In this document: piece after piece, positions 30,335 to 42,621 of the stretch
Layout: each line of letters starts with the position of its first letter
Position numbering within the stretch: the first letter of the stretch is position 1
Assembly: GCA_951406725.2 (NCBI GenBank)
Contig: OX597836.1
Coordinates: 5,332,001-5,396,000, forward strand
Origin: Octopus vulgaris
Lineage: Eukaryota
Reading direction: 5' to 3'
Length of the DNA stretch: 64,000 nucleotides
Translations under genes and position numbers: made by a program
The notes under the pieces: generated by a model
The model's input: the letters and a program-made list of their open reading frames with translations, nothing else
What the model was told of the DNA's origin: nothing
Databases searched by the model: none

Positions 30335-31241
30335 AGTATATAAATTCCTGGTCTTTACAGAGAAGATTTGAGGTTTGCAATACACATGAATCCATATATC
30401 AAGCTGTTTCACAACCGATATTGCCCAAAGGAAAAAACAATACAAAGGCTCATTCAAAATAGCTTTCTCTAATTTAAACTTCTATTGCAAATTCCCAGAA
30501 CAAGCAACCCAAAAATGTATATACAACTCTTTTTACTAGTCTCTGAATCACCACAATCTATATATTTTCAATTTAATCGATCCTCGTTGGATGAAGGAAA
30601 AAGAAATTGCCTGTGGCAGGATTTGAACTAAGAATAGACATAGATTGATCGGACACTGCAAATTATTTAGCCATAATCGCTAAATTACTTACCAATGTTT
30701 TATATTGATCTTGTACTTTATTTAATCATCCCCGAAACAATGAAACGAAAAAGAAATAGCAGAAAGTACCAGAAGATATTTTGTCCAGTTTTTCAACAGT
30801 TCTAGCTATCCATAGCTATTTAGAGTCATCGTAGATCTAGAGACCAAATGAAATACAAAAATTATTTTCCATTCGCCACCTGACAAGTCTAGTAATTATT
30901 AAACAAACAAGTTTGATTATACCAATACAAAATCCACGCTTCTTTACCTCCCTCTCCTTCACTCCAAATTTTTTCCCTTCTTTCTTCTCCCTTGCATGGC
31001 AAACCCCACAAATTTATTTATATATTAAAAAAAAAACACGAATTCTAACTTAAAACAACTTTTTGATAAATCCGATAACGGAAGAAAGCTGAAAATGCAA
31101 ATAAAATGTAAATAATAAAATATATATAATCATCCAACATTCTGACTACCTTATTATTCTAGAGATACGACATCTTTACACAAATTCAAACACTCTCTCT
31201 CCCGCTCTCTCTCGCTTTCTCTCTCTCTCCCACTCTCCCCG

Positions 31242-31300
<59 letters not shown>

Positions 31301-31959
31301 AAAACTCATATAATTCCCCATTAATCTCATTATCTATTGAATTTCTTTGCATCTCTTTGAAGGTTCTTTCTGTCTTCTATGACAAATTGGATTGTACATA
31401 TCAACACTAGAGATAAAGGTATGATTCTCTATTAAGAAAATCTTTCATCCAATAGCGTTTATAAAAACAAGATCACCTGAGGAAAATACATCACTTCACC
31501 ATAAAAAAAGAAAAAAACACAGGGCATTAAATGGGAGACAGTTTTCAAGTATCTGTAAGTGGCCAATACCTTCCATATTATTTCAATGTACATCAAATTA
31601 AGCAAAATCATGTAAGATTTGACAACAATATCTCGGCAGTCAGCAACTTGCTACTTTTGGCTACTTAATCAAAGGGTTAGTTACATATGCCATCTGCATT
31701 TGCTGCGGTTGCATTGTGCTACTCTATTCGAAACTTCAGCAAGCTAAAAAAAACTTCTAATAATGCATTTTCATACTTTACTCATCTTTTCCAATACACA
31801 CAATGAGGAATACAACGAAATTGATTGATGTGATTTGGTGATTTGGATTGATGTGATATATACATAATACATATGTGCATATATAAGTACTTATGTATGA
31901 ATATATATGAACATGGATATGTGTGTGTTTGAATGTATTTATGTATATGTATGGATAAA

Positions 31960-32172
31960 CGAGGTGTTGAAAACTCCTGGCTCTCGGTAAAAGAAAATCA
32001 GGAGGATCAATTAATTGTGATTTTATTCAATATATTCCACTCTATGTTACACAAACATATTGCAGCGGTCCTTCAGTTTTTCGAAGCCTTGTAAATGAAC
32101 TCGGAATCGTGTACCTTAAACAATGCCTTTCACGATATCGTTACACCCAGAAAACTTTCAGCATCCACCTGT
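31960..32172. mobile_element. Mariner-derived MITE
   Basis: CGAGGTGTTGAAAACTCCTGG / CCAGAAAACTTTCAGCATCCACCTG-TA TIR pair; minus remnant GFEKLKDRCN..EYIE*. Confidence 0.72.
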
Positions 32173-32189
32173 ATATATATATATATATG

Positions 32190-32420
32190 TACACGCTGTT
32201 TGGTCTAAATTTGAGAGTTTGCAAAACAGGAAACGAAAACCCTAAATCCCAACAGCAATATATAAGTATTTCAAGAAATCAAGAAATGCAAACGATAGAA
32301 TGGCTGTGAATTAACACTTTATTCAAAGCAACCACCTTCTGGTTCCATCACGGCCTAAAAACGGTTCCAGAACTTGGTGCCTGCGTTTCTCATCCCGTTC
32401 CCAAGAAAATCATCGAACAG
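32190..32420 (-). mobile_element. Tc1/maT-like transposon 3' end relic
   Basis: Minus MRNAGTKFWNRF*AVMEPEGGCFE*, like the C-terminus at 17840-17907. Confidence 0.6.
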
Positions 32421-33391
32421 AACGGTCGGTCCTGAACAGATGGTCGGTCCTTAAATGCATGGAACTGCATTAGTTTATGATGTGGCGTACACGTCCGGTG
32501 TAGTATTACCCAAATAAGTATTTGGAATTTGGCTATCTAGAATAATCTATCGCAGAATTATTATGTTCACACAGACCGAACTTCATACTACGTGAATATA
32601 GGTACACTATGAAACTGCCAGACATCGCGCTAACATAGTAACCAATGCGGTCGACCAACGCTGCCAACTTTATTTATTGAAATCCGTTATTCCACTTGAA
32701 GTTACGCTTGGTGTACAGGGTTCTCCCATGAGTGAATCGTTTGTTTTCGTTATGGTATTATAAATTTTGCGCGTATGTATATCAATAAATTTATGCATTG
32801 TATTTTCCTAAGTAAATTTCGTGTAACTCAAAGTATGACACCAAATCAAATAAAGTTAGAAATAAAAATATTGATATTTAAGTTAACGGCGTTGGCAGTA
32901 TTGTCGATAGTGTCGCTGGTTAGAGATAAATTCAAATAGAGAATGTCATTGAGAGAGCGAACTGAGAGAAAGGCTAAGAAAAATGTAGAAATTCGGAAAG
33001 TGAGGTTACGAATGTCAGAAGATTTTATGGCTTAAGAGGCTGACAAAGAATGGGAAAGAGATTAAACATACAAGAAAAAGAGGAAGCAGCAGAAAGTTTT
33101 GAGATTTAAAAATGAACAGCGAATGAAAGAGGGATAATGTGAAGCCATGACAATGTCTCTGACGTCACTACGCCTTCATTTATCGCATTTACATACTTCA
33201 ACGATCCACTCACTTTGTTTCCAATTGTTTAAACTGTTTTCAATTGTCAACATGTTCTGTGTGCATTTATGTATATATTTTTATGTATATAGTTTTAGGT
33301 GTGTAACATTTGTACATATCTGCAAATGGGCATGCGCGCCTGTGTGTGTGCAGTGCTGCTTTCCGTTCGTGTGATTATGTATACAAAGGTA

Positions 33392-33610
33392 CAGTAATCC
33401 CTCGCAAATATCGCGGTTCATCTATCGCGGTTCACCTATCGCGGTTCACATATCGCGGTTCACCTATCGCGGTTCACCTATCGCGATTTATTATTTAAGC
33501 TTGCGTCGATTCCTGCGTGGGTCTCTGTGGGAGAAGTAAATAGTAACAGTATTACAGAGTAAAATCTATTTGGTATATTCATGCATTTTTACCTGTAATT
33601 GGATTATGGA
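33392..33610 (+). mobile_element. pogo/Tigger-like MITE left part with an amplified 14-bp subterminal repeat
   Basis: TA-CAGTAATCCCTCG then ~5.5 copies of TATCGCGGTTCACC; continues TTATTTAAGCTT as at 3291. Confidence 0.78.
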
Positions 33611-34282
33611 CTTGTTTGCAGACTGCCTTCAAGAGTATATTAGAACTCATGGAGTACGGAATTATATTCAAGTCTCGTTCTTCTTTTATCCGTACGCAGA
33701 AGTGAAACTGTTATGTTACGCTACATCAACTCCATCGTTGATTTCGTGTACCATAAACGAAAGCGAACAATCTAAGTTATGCAAAACCAAACAGAAATAC
33801 ACACGCATAATCTTACACATACGCATGATCATGCACATACACACACACAGGCATTTATCACGATGCTTTGAAATGAGCCACGGATGCCCACTACATTAAT
33901 TGCAGATTTTCCATAATAACACACTACAATGTGGTGAGCAGGCGGAATTTTAATTAAACCGGGTAAAATGCTCAGAAGCATTTCGTCTGTTTATACGTCT
34001 GAGTTCAAATTTCACCGAATTCCGCTATGCCATTTTTACTTTCGGGGTCGATAAAATAAGTATAGCTGAGCACTAGGATCTATGTAATCCAGTATTTCCC
34101 AAACAATTTCAGGCTGCCGCTCCCTTGGCAACCAGGTTACATTGCTACAGTGTCCTCCACTTCCCCACCACAAGTTTAAAAATAGTAATTTTTTAATTTA
34201 TAAATCAGTGACTAGTTGTCACTTTGAAAACTAAATATTTCGAACGGGAATTTGGCAGCGCCACCTCTAGCCAAACAATTAT

Positions 34283-34327
34283 TTTGTGCTGATGAAGAGA
34301 AATAACTCAGAAATCGCGATACACAGA
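34283..34327 (+). ncRNA. Minimal (dimer-type) type I hammerhead motif at the apex of a long hairpin
   Basis: UUUGUG-CUGAUGA-A-GAG AAAUAA CUC-A-GAAA-UCGCGA-UA-CACAGA; palindromic stem III; flanks 34236-34280 and 34329-34376 are complementary. Confidence 0.72.
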
Positions 34328-35189
34328 TATTGATTTGAGCTGAGTGGGGGTGCTAGATTCCCTTGTTCGAAAATATAAGAACACAGATCGTGTCTTATAG
34401 CCAGCTGGATACGATGTTTACTGTGGCTAAGTTACAGGACTGCCATGTTATGTTGGTAAACACTCTTTGCTACAAGGTACTGTTGCTGAACATCTCACTT
34501 CAAATTCAAAACAACTGTGTTTCACAAATAAAAATTAAACCGAATTAAGCTGTTAATATTCATATTTTTACATCTATCACCCCATTTTGGCCAGCCCTTT
34601 ATCTTCTCACTTTTCTTCAACGCCTCCTCACTGGACCTTTCCACCGCCCTTAAAGAGGCAGTACTATAATCGACTTATCCTCTCACCCGAAATTGCTGGC
34701 CTTTTGTCAACATTTGAAATTAATTGTTAATTGGACAGGAGTTGTACTTCATTCAATGGAACTTCAGCTTCAACTTTTTACTTGTATGAAACATTCTTCG
34801 CTGATAAAAAATAAATATACCACACAGTGTATGGAGACTTCAGTATAACCAACGTAGTTCTACAAATAATATATTATATGGAATATGTCTTTGATTTCGA
34901 TCCACATATAAGAAAGTTTATCTTGTAACTTAAAGTGACAAATAATAAACAATCAACAGGTAAAAGAGCTGACAGGTACATGACAAAGCGTATAGATATC
35001 AGAGATGTTCTTTCCTAAGAATGCGATTCAGTACAATGTATGGGGAATTCTTCACCGTCTTAAGAACCAAAAAATTCAAAGAAAATGCAATTTCAAAAGA
35101 GACTATACATGTCATGGTCTTCTGAAAACTTCCAACAATCTTACAGAATTTGAAATACACGTTGAGTTTGCACGAGGTTGTCACTAGTG

Positions 35190-35226
<37 letters not shown>

Positions 35227-35324
35227 TTATCCATCTAGTTATTTATGTTTGTCAACATATATACCTATCTACCCATCTATCTATCTACCTGTCTTTCTCT
35301 CTCTCTATATATCTATATATATAT

Positions 35325-35563
<239 letters not shown>

Positions 35564-35570
35564 TATATAT

Positions 35571-35604
<34 letters not shown>

Positions 35605-35944
35605 AAGTCAAATTGCGATAAAATAAAATTAATTATTATCGCTGGTATATATATATATATATATACATACATACATATATATATATATGCATATATATAT
35701 ATGTGAGAGTGTGTTTGTGTGTATACATCTATTTATTCATCTGTCGTGATGTCGCATCGGCTCCGCAGTAACCCCATTTTTCGAACTTTTATTACACACA
35801 TTTTGTTTCAGTTTTTGCAAACAAGGTATGTAAACCACCCAGCTTTCGTTTGCGTGTGTTTACAAGGGAGGAATTGACCCCTAGGAGCAGTTCCAAACCT
35901 TATTTACATTTCTATTTTCTTCAATTTCCTTGCCATATTTCTAA

Positions 35945-36243
35945 ACAAATATGGCTAAGCGAAACCATGAGACCGACTTCTGTGTCATCTCTTGTGAAAG
36001 GTAGGAGAGTCCAGTTTGCTGGACATTGTTGTAGAGCTGAAAAAGAAGTATTTTCTACTCTTCTCCTCTGGGAGCCATCTACTCGCAATACCAGAGGGCG
36101 CACACTCTCCTACCCTGATGTAATCTCCAGGGATACAGGCATCCAGCAACAGGACCTCCGTAATGCCATGATCGACCGTGAAGTCTGGCGTAGCATGGTA
36201 AATTCCATTGTCTCGACCACGGTCGAACAATGATGATGATGAT
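35945..36243 (+). mobile_element. RTE-clade LINE 3' end, family RTE-a
   Basis: LVKGRRVQFAGHCCRAEKE..LLLWEP..GRTLSYPDVI..AMIDREVWRSMV..STTVEQ* followed by (TGA)n tail. Confidence 0.88.
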
Positions 36244-36614
36244 CCCCCCTCTACCAATGCTAGAGGTGAGGGAAACTGAAAGCAAAACCGTTCCGCCAGA
36301 ACGCCCACAGGCCTTAGAAGGCTCGAATGCTTCTGTTACTACAACCACTGGATCCACTAATACTACCATCACCACCACAACCAACACGAATACTGAAAAC
36401 AATTTTGTCGCAGCTTTAAAGTTAAAGAAGAGAGTAATGTGCTTTTCCAAATAAGAACTTCTCGCCTGTAAAGCAATGTTAAAAAAAAGACGACCTCCGC
36501 ATACAACTACAGACACCACAAAACACCACGGAAAAAATCGAAAAAACCCCAATTATTTGCAGGCCACTCAACCTAAAACAAGGTTATACGAAAAGGTCAC
36601 TCAAGAAAATGTTG

Positions 36615-36938
36615 AAGGTCGTCTTTGCCTGTCATCCGTTCGGGATCGATTAAATAAGTACCAGTTACGCACTGGATTCGATTTAATCGACTTAATCCGT
36701 TTGTTTGTCCTTGTTTGTCCTCTCTGTGTTTAGCCCCTTGTGGGTAGTAAAGAAATAGGTATTTCGTCCGCTAGGTTCTGAGCTCGAATTCCGCTGAGGT
36801 CGACTTTGCCTTTCATCCCTTCGGAGTCGATAAATTAAGTACCAGTTACTTACTGGGGTCGATATAACCGACTTAATCCGTTTGTCTGTTCTTGTTTGTC
36901 CTTTCTGTGCTTAGCCCCTTGTGGGTAGTAAAGAAATA
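36615..36938 (+). mobile_element. SINE family B head-to-tail dimer (both tail type 1)
   Basis: Two ~180-bp units joined at AAAGAAATA|GGTATTTCGTC. Confidence 0.88.
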
Positions 36939-37388
36939 AAAATACAGTAGGTCAAACACTAACATAACATTAAATGATACCAAAACAAAGAATCACCCAC
37001 GCACAACACCACCACAACACATTAATAAATAGATAGATATACATATATATGAATGTATTATATATACACATATACAATACACACACATATAATATTCTTG
37101 CAGAACTCGGGGCGAGTCAACGTTAAAAATCTGCACAAAGCTGCCTACCTCTGCATCGTCTAATGTCAATGTTTTCGACATGTACATGTTTACACAAACA
37201 CAAAAGTTCTTGACGGTGATAAGTTACTATTCATATGGAGTTCAGGTTTTTAAAAGACATTAGGAGATATAACGTGACTGCACCCAGGGGAGTGAATAGC
37301 ATTGCAATACAGATCGAAGATCAAACTCCATTGTATTGAGAAATCTATATATGTGTTAGTGTGTGTGCATGCGTGTGCGTGTGCGCGC

Positions 37389-37419
<31 letters not shown>

Positions 37420-37533
37420 TGTGTGTGTGCTTGACTGTGTGTGAATAACTGAGAATGATTCCTATGATATTTCTTATGTAAATATAATAGTTAACAAAAC
37501 CGACACATAATCACAAATATAAACAAATATATG

Positions 37534-37587
<54 letters not shown>

Positions 37588-37704
37588 TATATATATACAT
37601 ACATATATATACACGTATACACACATATATATATAACTGTATGTATATATATATATATACATATCTATATATGTATTTGTCAATCTATCTATTTATCTGG
37701 CTAT

Positions 37705-37755
<51 letters not shown>

Positions 37756-38256
37756 TGAATGTATATATAATTACATCTATAAAACACACTGACGCACGTA
37801 CAACATACACACGCACATATGTATATAAATATGTTGTTTTTTTTTTTATATGATTGCTTTCAAACACACTTCTCTGCGCTTACATATCGTATACAAACAA
37901 GCAGGTATTGTGTAAAGTAGAGACCGTCAGTCTCCTAGGATGTGTTTGTTTATTAAGAATAGTGTTATATGACGGTTTATCTTGGAAAACATAAATTTCT
38001 ATACCGTTTAAATCCTTTAAGTTGTATGCAAATACATCATGCAACATGAACAGACATACACAGTTAAATACATATAAGCGCATAAATGGGTAAATAGTTC
38101 TAACATACATTTAAACATGTAGTTACACGTGCGTGTGTGTGAGTGCATAAATATATATATATATATATATGTATATGGGGAGAGTTTTCATATATATATG
38201 TTTGTATATATATGTGTGTGTATATGTATATATAGACATACACATGTATACCATTG

Positions 38257-38302
<46 letters not shown>

Positions 38303-38437
38303 TGTGTGTTCATGTGTGAGTGTGTCTTTATGTGAAAATGTATATACATGCAAACATATATGTGTATGTGTATATATATATATTCACGCGTGTACTTCTC
38401 TGTGGAAGTGAGAGCATAGTGTGTGTGTGTATATATA

Positions 38438-38483
<46 letters not shown>

Positions 38484-38899
38484 GCATATTTGTCTGTTTG
38501 TGTTTGTGCGTGTCTGTCTGTGTGTGTTTGTATTTGTCTAAACAAACTTTATCGCAACATTGCAATGTATATAAGATTATAGTTTAATGTCTTCACAAAC
38601 TTTACGAAGCAACATGCTGTAAAACATACGCGTCCATAACAATGTGAAATCACAATAGCTCAGAAACGATGTATTTAAATCAAACAACGAAATATATATT
38701 TTCTCTTCACAAAACCTCAATTCTAACTAGCGATATATAAATACTTATGTACGCCTGTATGTATGCATGTTCCTTAACACACAGCCACGATTGCGTATGC
38801 GATTATACCTGTATTATTACACATTCACGAAAAACGTGAATATATATATATATATATATATACTCCAACTAACTTCAGGACCAAGTACAACAATACCAT

Positions 38900-39200
38900 G
38901 GTGTTCAAAGGCCCACAGCAATTAAGAATCTGCATAAGGTAGAAGTAGATATTTTCAAAATGGATCTAGGCATTCTTTTCTTCACAATACCAGGTGAACC
39001 GACAGCCAGACATGAGTTACAAACAAGGGCAGTGGAATCAAACTTCTTTATACACCAAATTGGCCAACAGATGGTACAAAGGCACATAAAGGAGTGGTGA
39101 TGTGAAACAACCCGGTCTAACAAATAACTGGAACCAAGGTAGTGGTGCACCAGCATGACCGCATTCAAATGGCTGCAACGAGTAAAAATTTAAGAGTAAA
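38900..39200 (+). mobile_element. CR1/L2-group LINE ORF2 C-terminus and 3' tail
   Basis: FKGPQ..NLHKVEVDIFKMDL..IPGEPTARHELQTRAVESN..IHQ; tail GTGGTGCACCAGCATGACCGCA.TCAAATG.CTG.AAC.AGTAAAA. Confidence 0.78.
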
Positions 39201-39298
39201 TACAACGGTGTGTGTGTGTATCAATAGAACAAAAAACTCAACAGAGGACAAGAGAAACAAGAATTGGAAGGACAGGCGAAATAGACGAGTTATTCCTG

Positions 39299-39370
39299 GC
39301 TTTCTTTCCTCAGTCAAGTACCAGAAGTCACAACCATTTCGGGCAGTTACACTTGAGATGGTTCAATCTG
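39299..39370 (-). ncRNA. Putative non-circularly permuted hammerhead ribozyme (5'-truncated by (TA)n)
   Basis: CAGAUUG-AACCA-UC-UCAAGU-GUAA-CUGCCC-GAAA-UGGUU-GUGACU-UCUGG-U-ACUUGA-CUGAGGA; stems I and III perfect and in register with the core. Confidence 0.68.
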
Positions 39371-39508
39371 ATATATATATATATATAATTACAAATATTG
39401 CATTTCTAAATCTCTCAGAGAGACGGTTATGCAGTAACAGCAAGATGAAGGGATAATTTTCTGGCGACGACTTAATGTGGAAGTCCCATGAGTGATTATA
39501 TAGGTATA

Positions 39509-39544
<36 letters not shown>

Positions 39545-39589
39545 TGTATGTATGTATGTATGTATGTATGTATGTATGTATGTATGTAT

Positions 39590-39800
39590 GTGACCGCGTG
39601 TGTAATCGTAGGTGATTTTTTTTCCTCCGGCTTCCCTTCCGTGGATCTTTACTTTTCCTATGTTTCTGACGAAGAGCTCGGCTCGAAACGTTAAATCCTC
39701 CTTTATTTCCTTTCCTAAGCGTCAAATAAAACTATACTTGTTCCACGTCCTCGCGTTGTTGTAATTTCTCTTTGTGTTTCCATGTTAGAATTAAATTTAT
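39590..39800 (+). mobile_element. Penelope-like pLTR-type short element in a TATG/TA microsatellite
   Basis: Contains a minimal HHR; partial second copy at 35325. Confidence 0.68.
39662..39696 (+). ncRNA. Minimal type I hammerhead motif
   Basis: GUUU-CUGACGA-A-GAGC UCG GCUC-GAAA-CG-UU-AAAU; loopless palindromic stem III (ACGU). Confidence 0.75.
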
Positions 39801-40499
39801 GTATGTATATATATATATACACACTCAATAACTCTGTCTGTCTGTCCCTGTCTCTGCCTCTACTCTACTTCCTGTATATTTATAACACGCTGTGTGCCAT
39901 CGATATTTACTTCGTATACTATCAGTAATTCTCTACACCCGTATTTCACTATTAAGTATTCTACGTCATATACTCTACTATATTCGACCATTATATATAT
40001 TTTTTAAATCCAACTTAATGAGAGATCTAATGCATTCTACTTTCACCTATTTACTTACTGCGCTATAAACATGTTTCTCTTGAAACGAAAAACAGTAATA
40101 ATCTGCAATTACACATTTAACATTCAGACACTCAGTGTGTGTTCTTGCTTCCTTATGACTATGAACTGAATATTGTTTTTCATAAACTTTTGAAGTGAAT
40201 GTGAACCATTAACCTTATTGTATACGTTTGTTTGTTTTGCACTGAATGCATGAAATATATCCTAAATGCGTCGCTTTTGCATAAACTAAACCTGCCGCTT
40301 CTTGAAATTTCCTATTCCCATTTTTCCGTAATGCATCCCATTTGAAAAATCGAATATTCACGCATGTAATTTTTTCTACACTCACAAAGCCATGGCATGC
40401 TTGGCTCCAACTTTACACCCGAAAACAGGAAACGCCCTAAATATCAAGTAAATACAGGCCTAGTCTAATCTAACCCACACCATTACTAATGTCTTAAAT

Positions 40500-40688
40500 A
40501 CTCTTTTCTGCTCTAAGCAGAAGTCCCGAAATTTTGGGGGAGGAGGCCAGTCGATTAGATCAACCCAGTACACAACTGGTATTTAATATATCAACCTCGA
40601 GAGAATGAAAAGCAAAGTCGACCTCGGCGGAATTTGAACTCGGAGTGTAAAAACAGACGAAATACCGCTAAGCATTTCGCCCAGCGTG
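40500..40688 (-). mobile_element. SINE family B
   Basis: GCAAAGTCGACCTCGGCGGAATTTGAACTC and GACGAAATACCGCTAAGCATTTCGCCC (reverse complement of consensus). Confidence 0.85.
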
Positions 40689-41010
40689 ATAAAGGTCTTA
40701 AATACAGGATTGTGTGTCTTAGGGCTGTGTATTGTCAAAGCAAAATGATCAAATCTAATTATACCAAAAATGACCAAAATACTATCACACTTTGTGCCTT
40801 CCTAAAAAAAAAAGAGAGAAACAGGCGCAGGCTTCGTAACAAAGTACTTTATGCATGAATAAAATTCTAAACAATAACATACCATCAAATTTAATGAAGA
40901 AAATTTATTTCTAAAACGATTTTTCCATAAAATTACAGTTGCTACTCCAGTCAAACCTATAACCTCAAAGATGATTTTAACTATATAAAAGCTAAATTAA
41001 GTCCAATGCC

Positions 41011-41058
41011 GTGCAGTCTGCCGATAGGATAACTGGCCGAAACTTCGAAGTCACTCAC
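41011..41058 (+). ncRNA. Decayed minimal hammerhead motif
   Basis: GUG(C)AGU-CUGCCGA-..GG..CC-GAAA-CUUCGAAG-UC-ACUCAC; core A6 is C, weak stem II. Confidence 0.45.
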
Positions 41059-41529
41059 AACAACCGTCCTGTGTGTTTGTGTGTTATGATTTAGAACAAG
41101 CAGTAAAAGTTTATCATTATAGTACACAGTTTCGAATGAGCGTATATATGAGTACGTACATACATATATGTTTGTGTGAGTGCATGCGCATTTACGTATA
41201 CATGTTTGTGTAAGTGTGTACGTATGTAGACGCAGTGAACGCAGGAGGTTTATGTCTATTTATTGTGAGTATATGTGTGCGTGTATTTTATTTTTCTACC
41301 TTTTAGAGTAACCTCTCTTTTATTCAACGGTTTTTCGTAACGTCTGTTGCCATTAATAACCGACGAGAATGTATCGTAGCTCTTCACTCTGCCATTCGAA
41401 TTTCCGAGTACTATAATGACAACCTTTTACTGTGTGTTCTAAATTATAACATATATAAATAATCCTCTATCTCTATCTATTTAATATCGAGTGCTCATTC
41501 TTTTGTTATGCTTTATTATTATCATTCTT

Positions 41530-41638
<109 letters not shown>

Positions 41639-41640
41639 GG

Positions 41641-41679
<39 letters not shown>

Positions 41680-42566
41680 GTTGTCGTTGTTCTTGTTGTT
41701 ATTATTCTTATTATTATTATTATTATATATGAATACATGCGTGGGTGATGAAACTTCTATAAATACATGTATTCATAAAGATTCGTGCGTATGTGAGTGT
41801 GTGCGTGGCGTGTGTGTGTGTATGTGTGCGTGTGTGTGTCGTGTATGTGTGTGTCTGTGTATGTATTTTCATACCTTTATAATGCACATCTGGTTTCAAC
41901 AGATTTCTTAGTAGTTGTTAATATATATTTAAATTTATCTTTGTATTATCTGAAAAATCTTGATACTGTTTTACTGCTCCTCTGATATCATCTCAATCTC
42001 TAAGAGTATGTGCTTCACACATACACAGACACACACACACACAGTCACACAAACACTCACAAATACACATTTGTTATCTGTATACCGTGTGATTACGAAA
42101 TCTTATAAGCACATTTATGTCGATATCTAAATCTTGTAAATCTGTATCATAAAATTACGGAGTATACTCTAAAATCCTTGTAATATATATACGTCCAGCA
42201 GATTCTGTCTTTATTAAACATACCTTAATACGTATTAATACGTCCTTTCTACAATCTATTTCTTTGTCGCTTCCATCTATAACATATTTACCTATAATAT
42301 TTTTACCCACCTATTTCTGAACTTCTTAGCTCTATTCAAATACAAGAGTTGTGCTTGGCTGTAAGCAATGTTTGAATATATTTTCTTTGTTATTAACCAT
42401 TATCAAATGTCTTGTGTACTCTTCTACAAAATTACTTCTTATGCGTTCGTTCTTCTGTTGCATTAATTTGTCATAAATATATTCTGTCTGTCACTTGTTA
42501 TTTAATAGGATACATAGTACTACATGTATATCGGTAGCTTATGTATCACGATTTCAGAAGAAATCT

Positions 42567-42616
<50 letters not shown>

Positions 42617-42621
<5 letters not shown>

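Noticed and set aside
33409-33486. CRISPR-like array
   Set aside because: The 14-bp units are contiguous with no spacers, in a eukaryotic MITE context.
34255-34273. CTCF-like motif CAGCGCCACCTCTAGCCA
   Set aside because: The match is imperfect and is better explained as one arm of the hairpin flanking the hammerhead.
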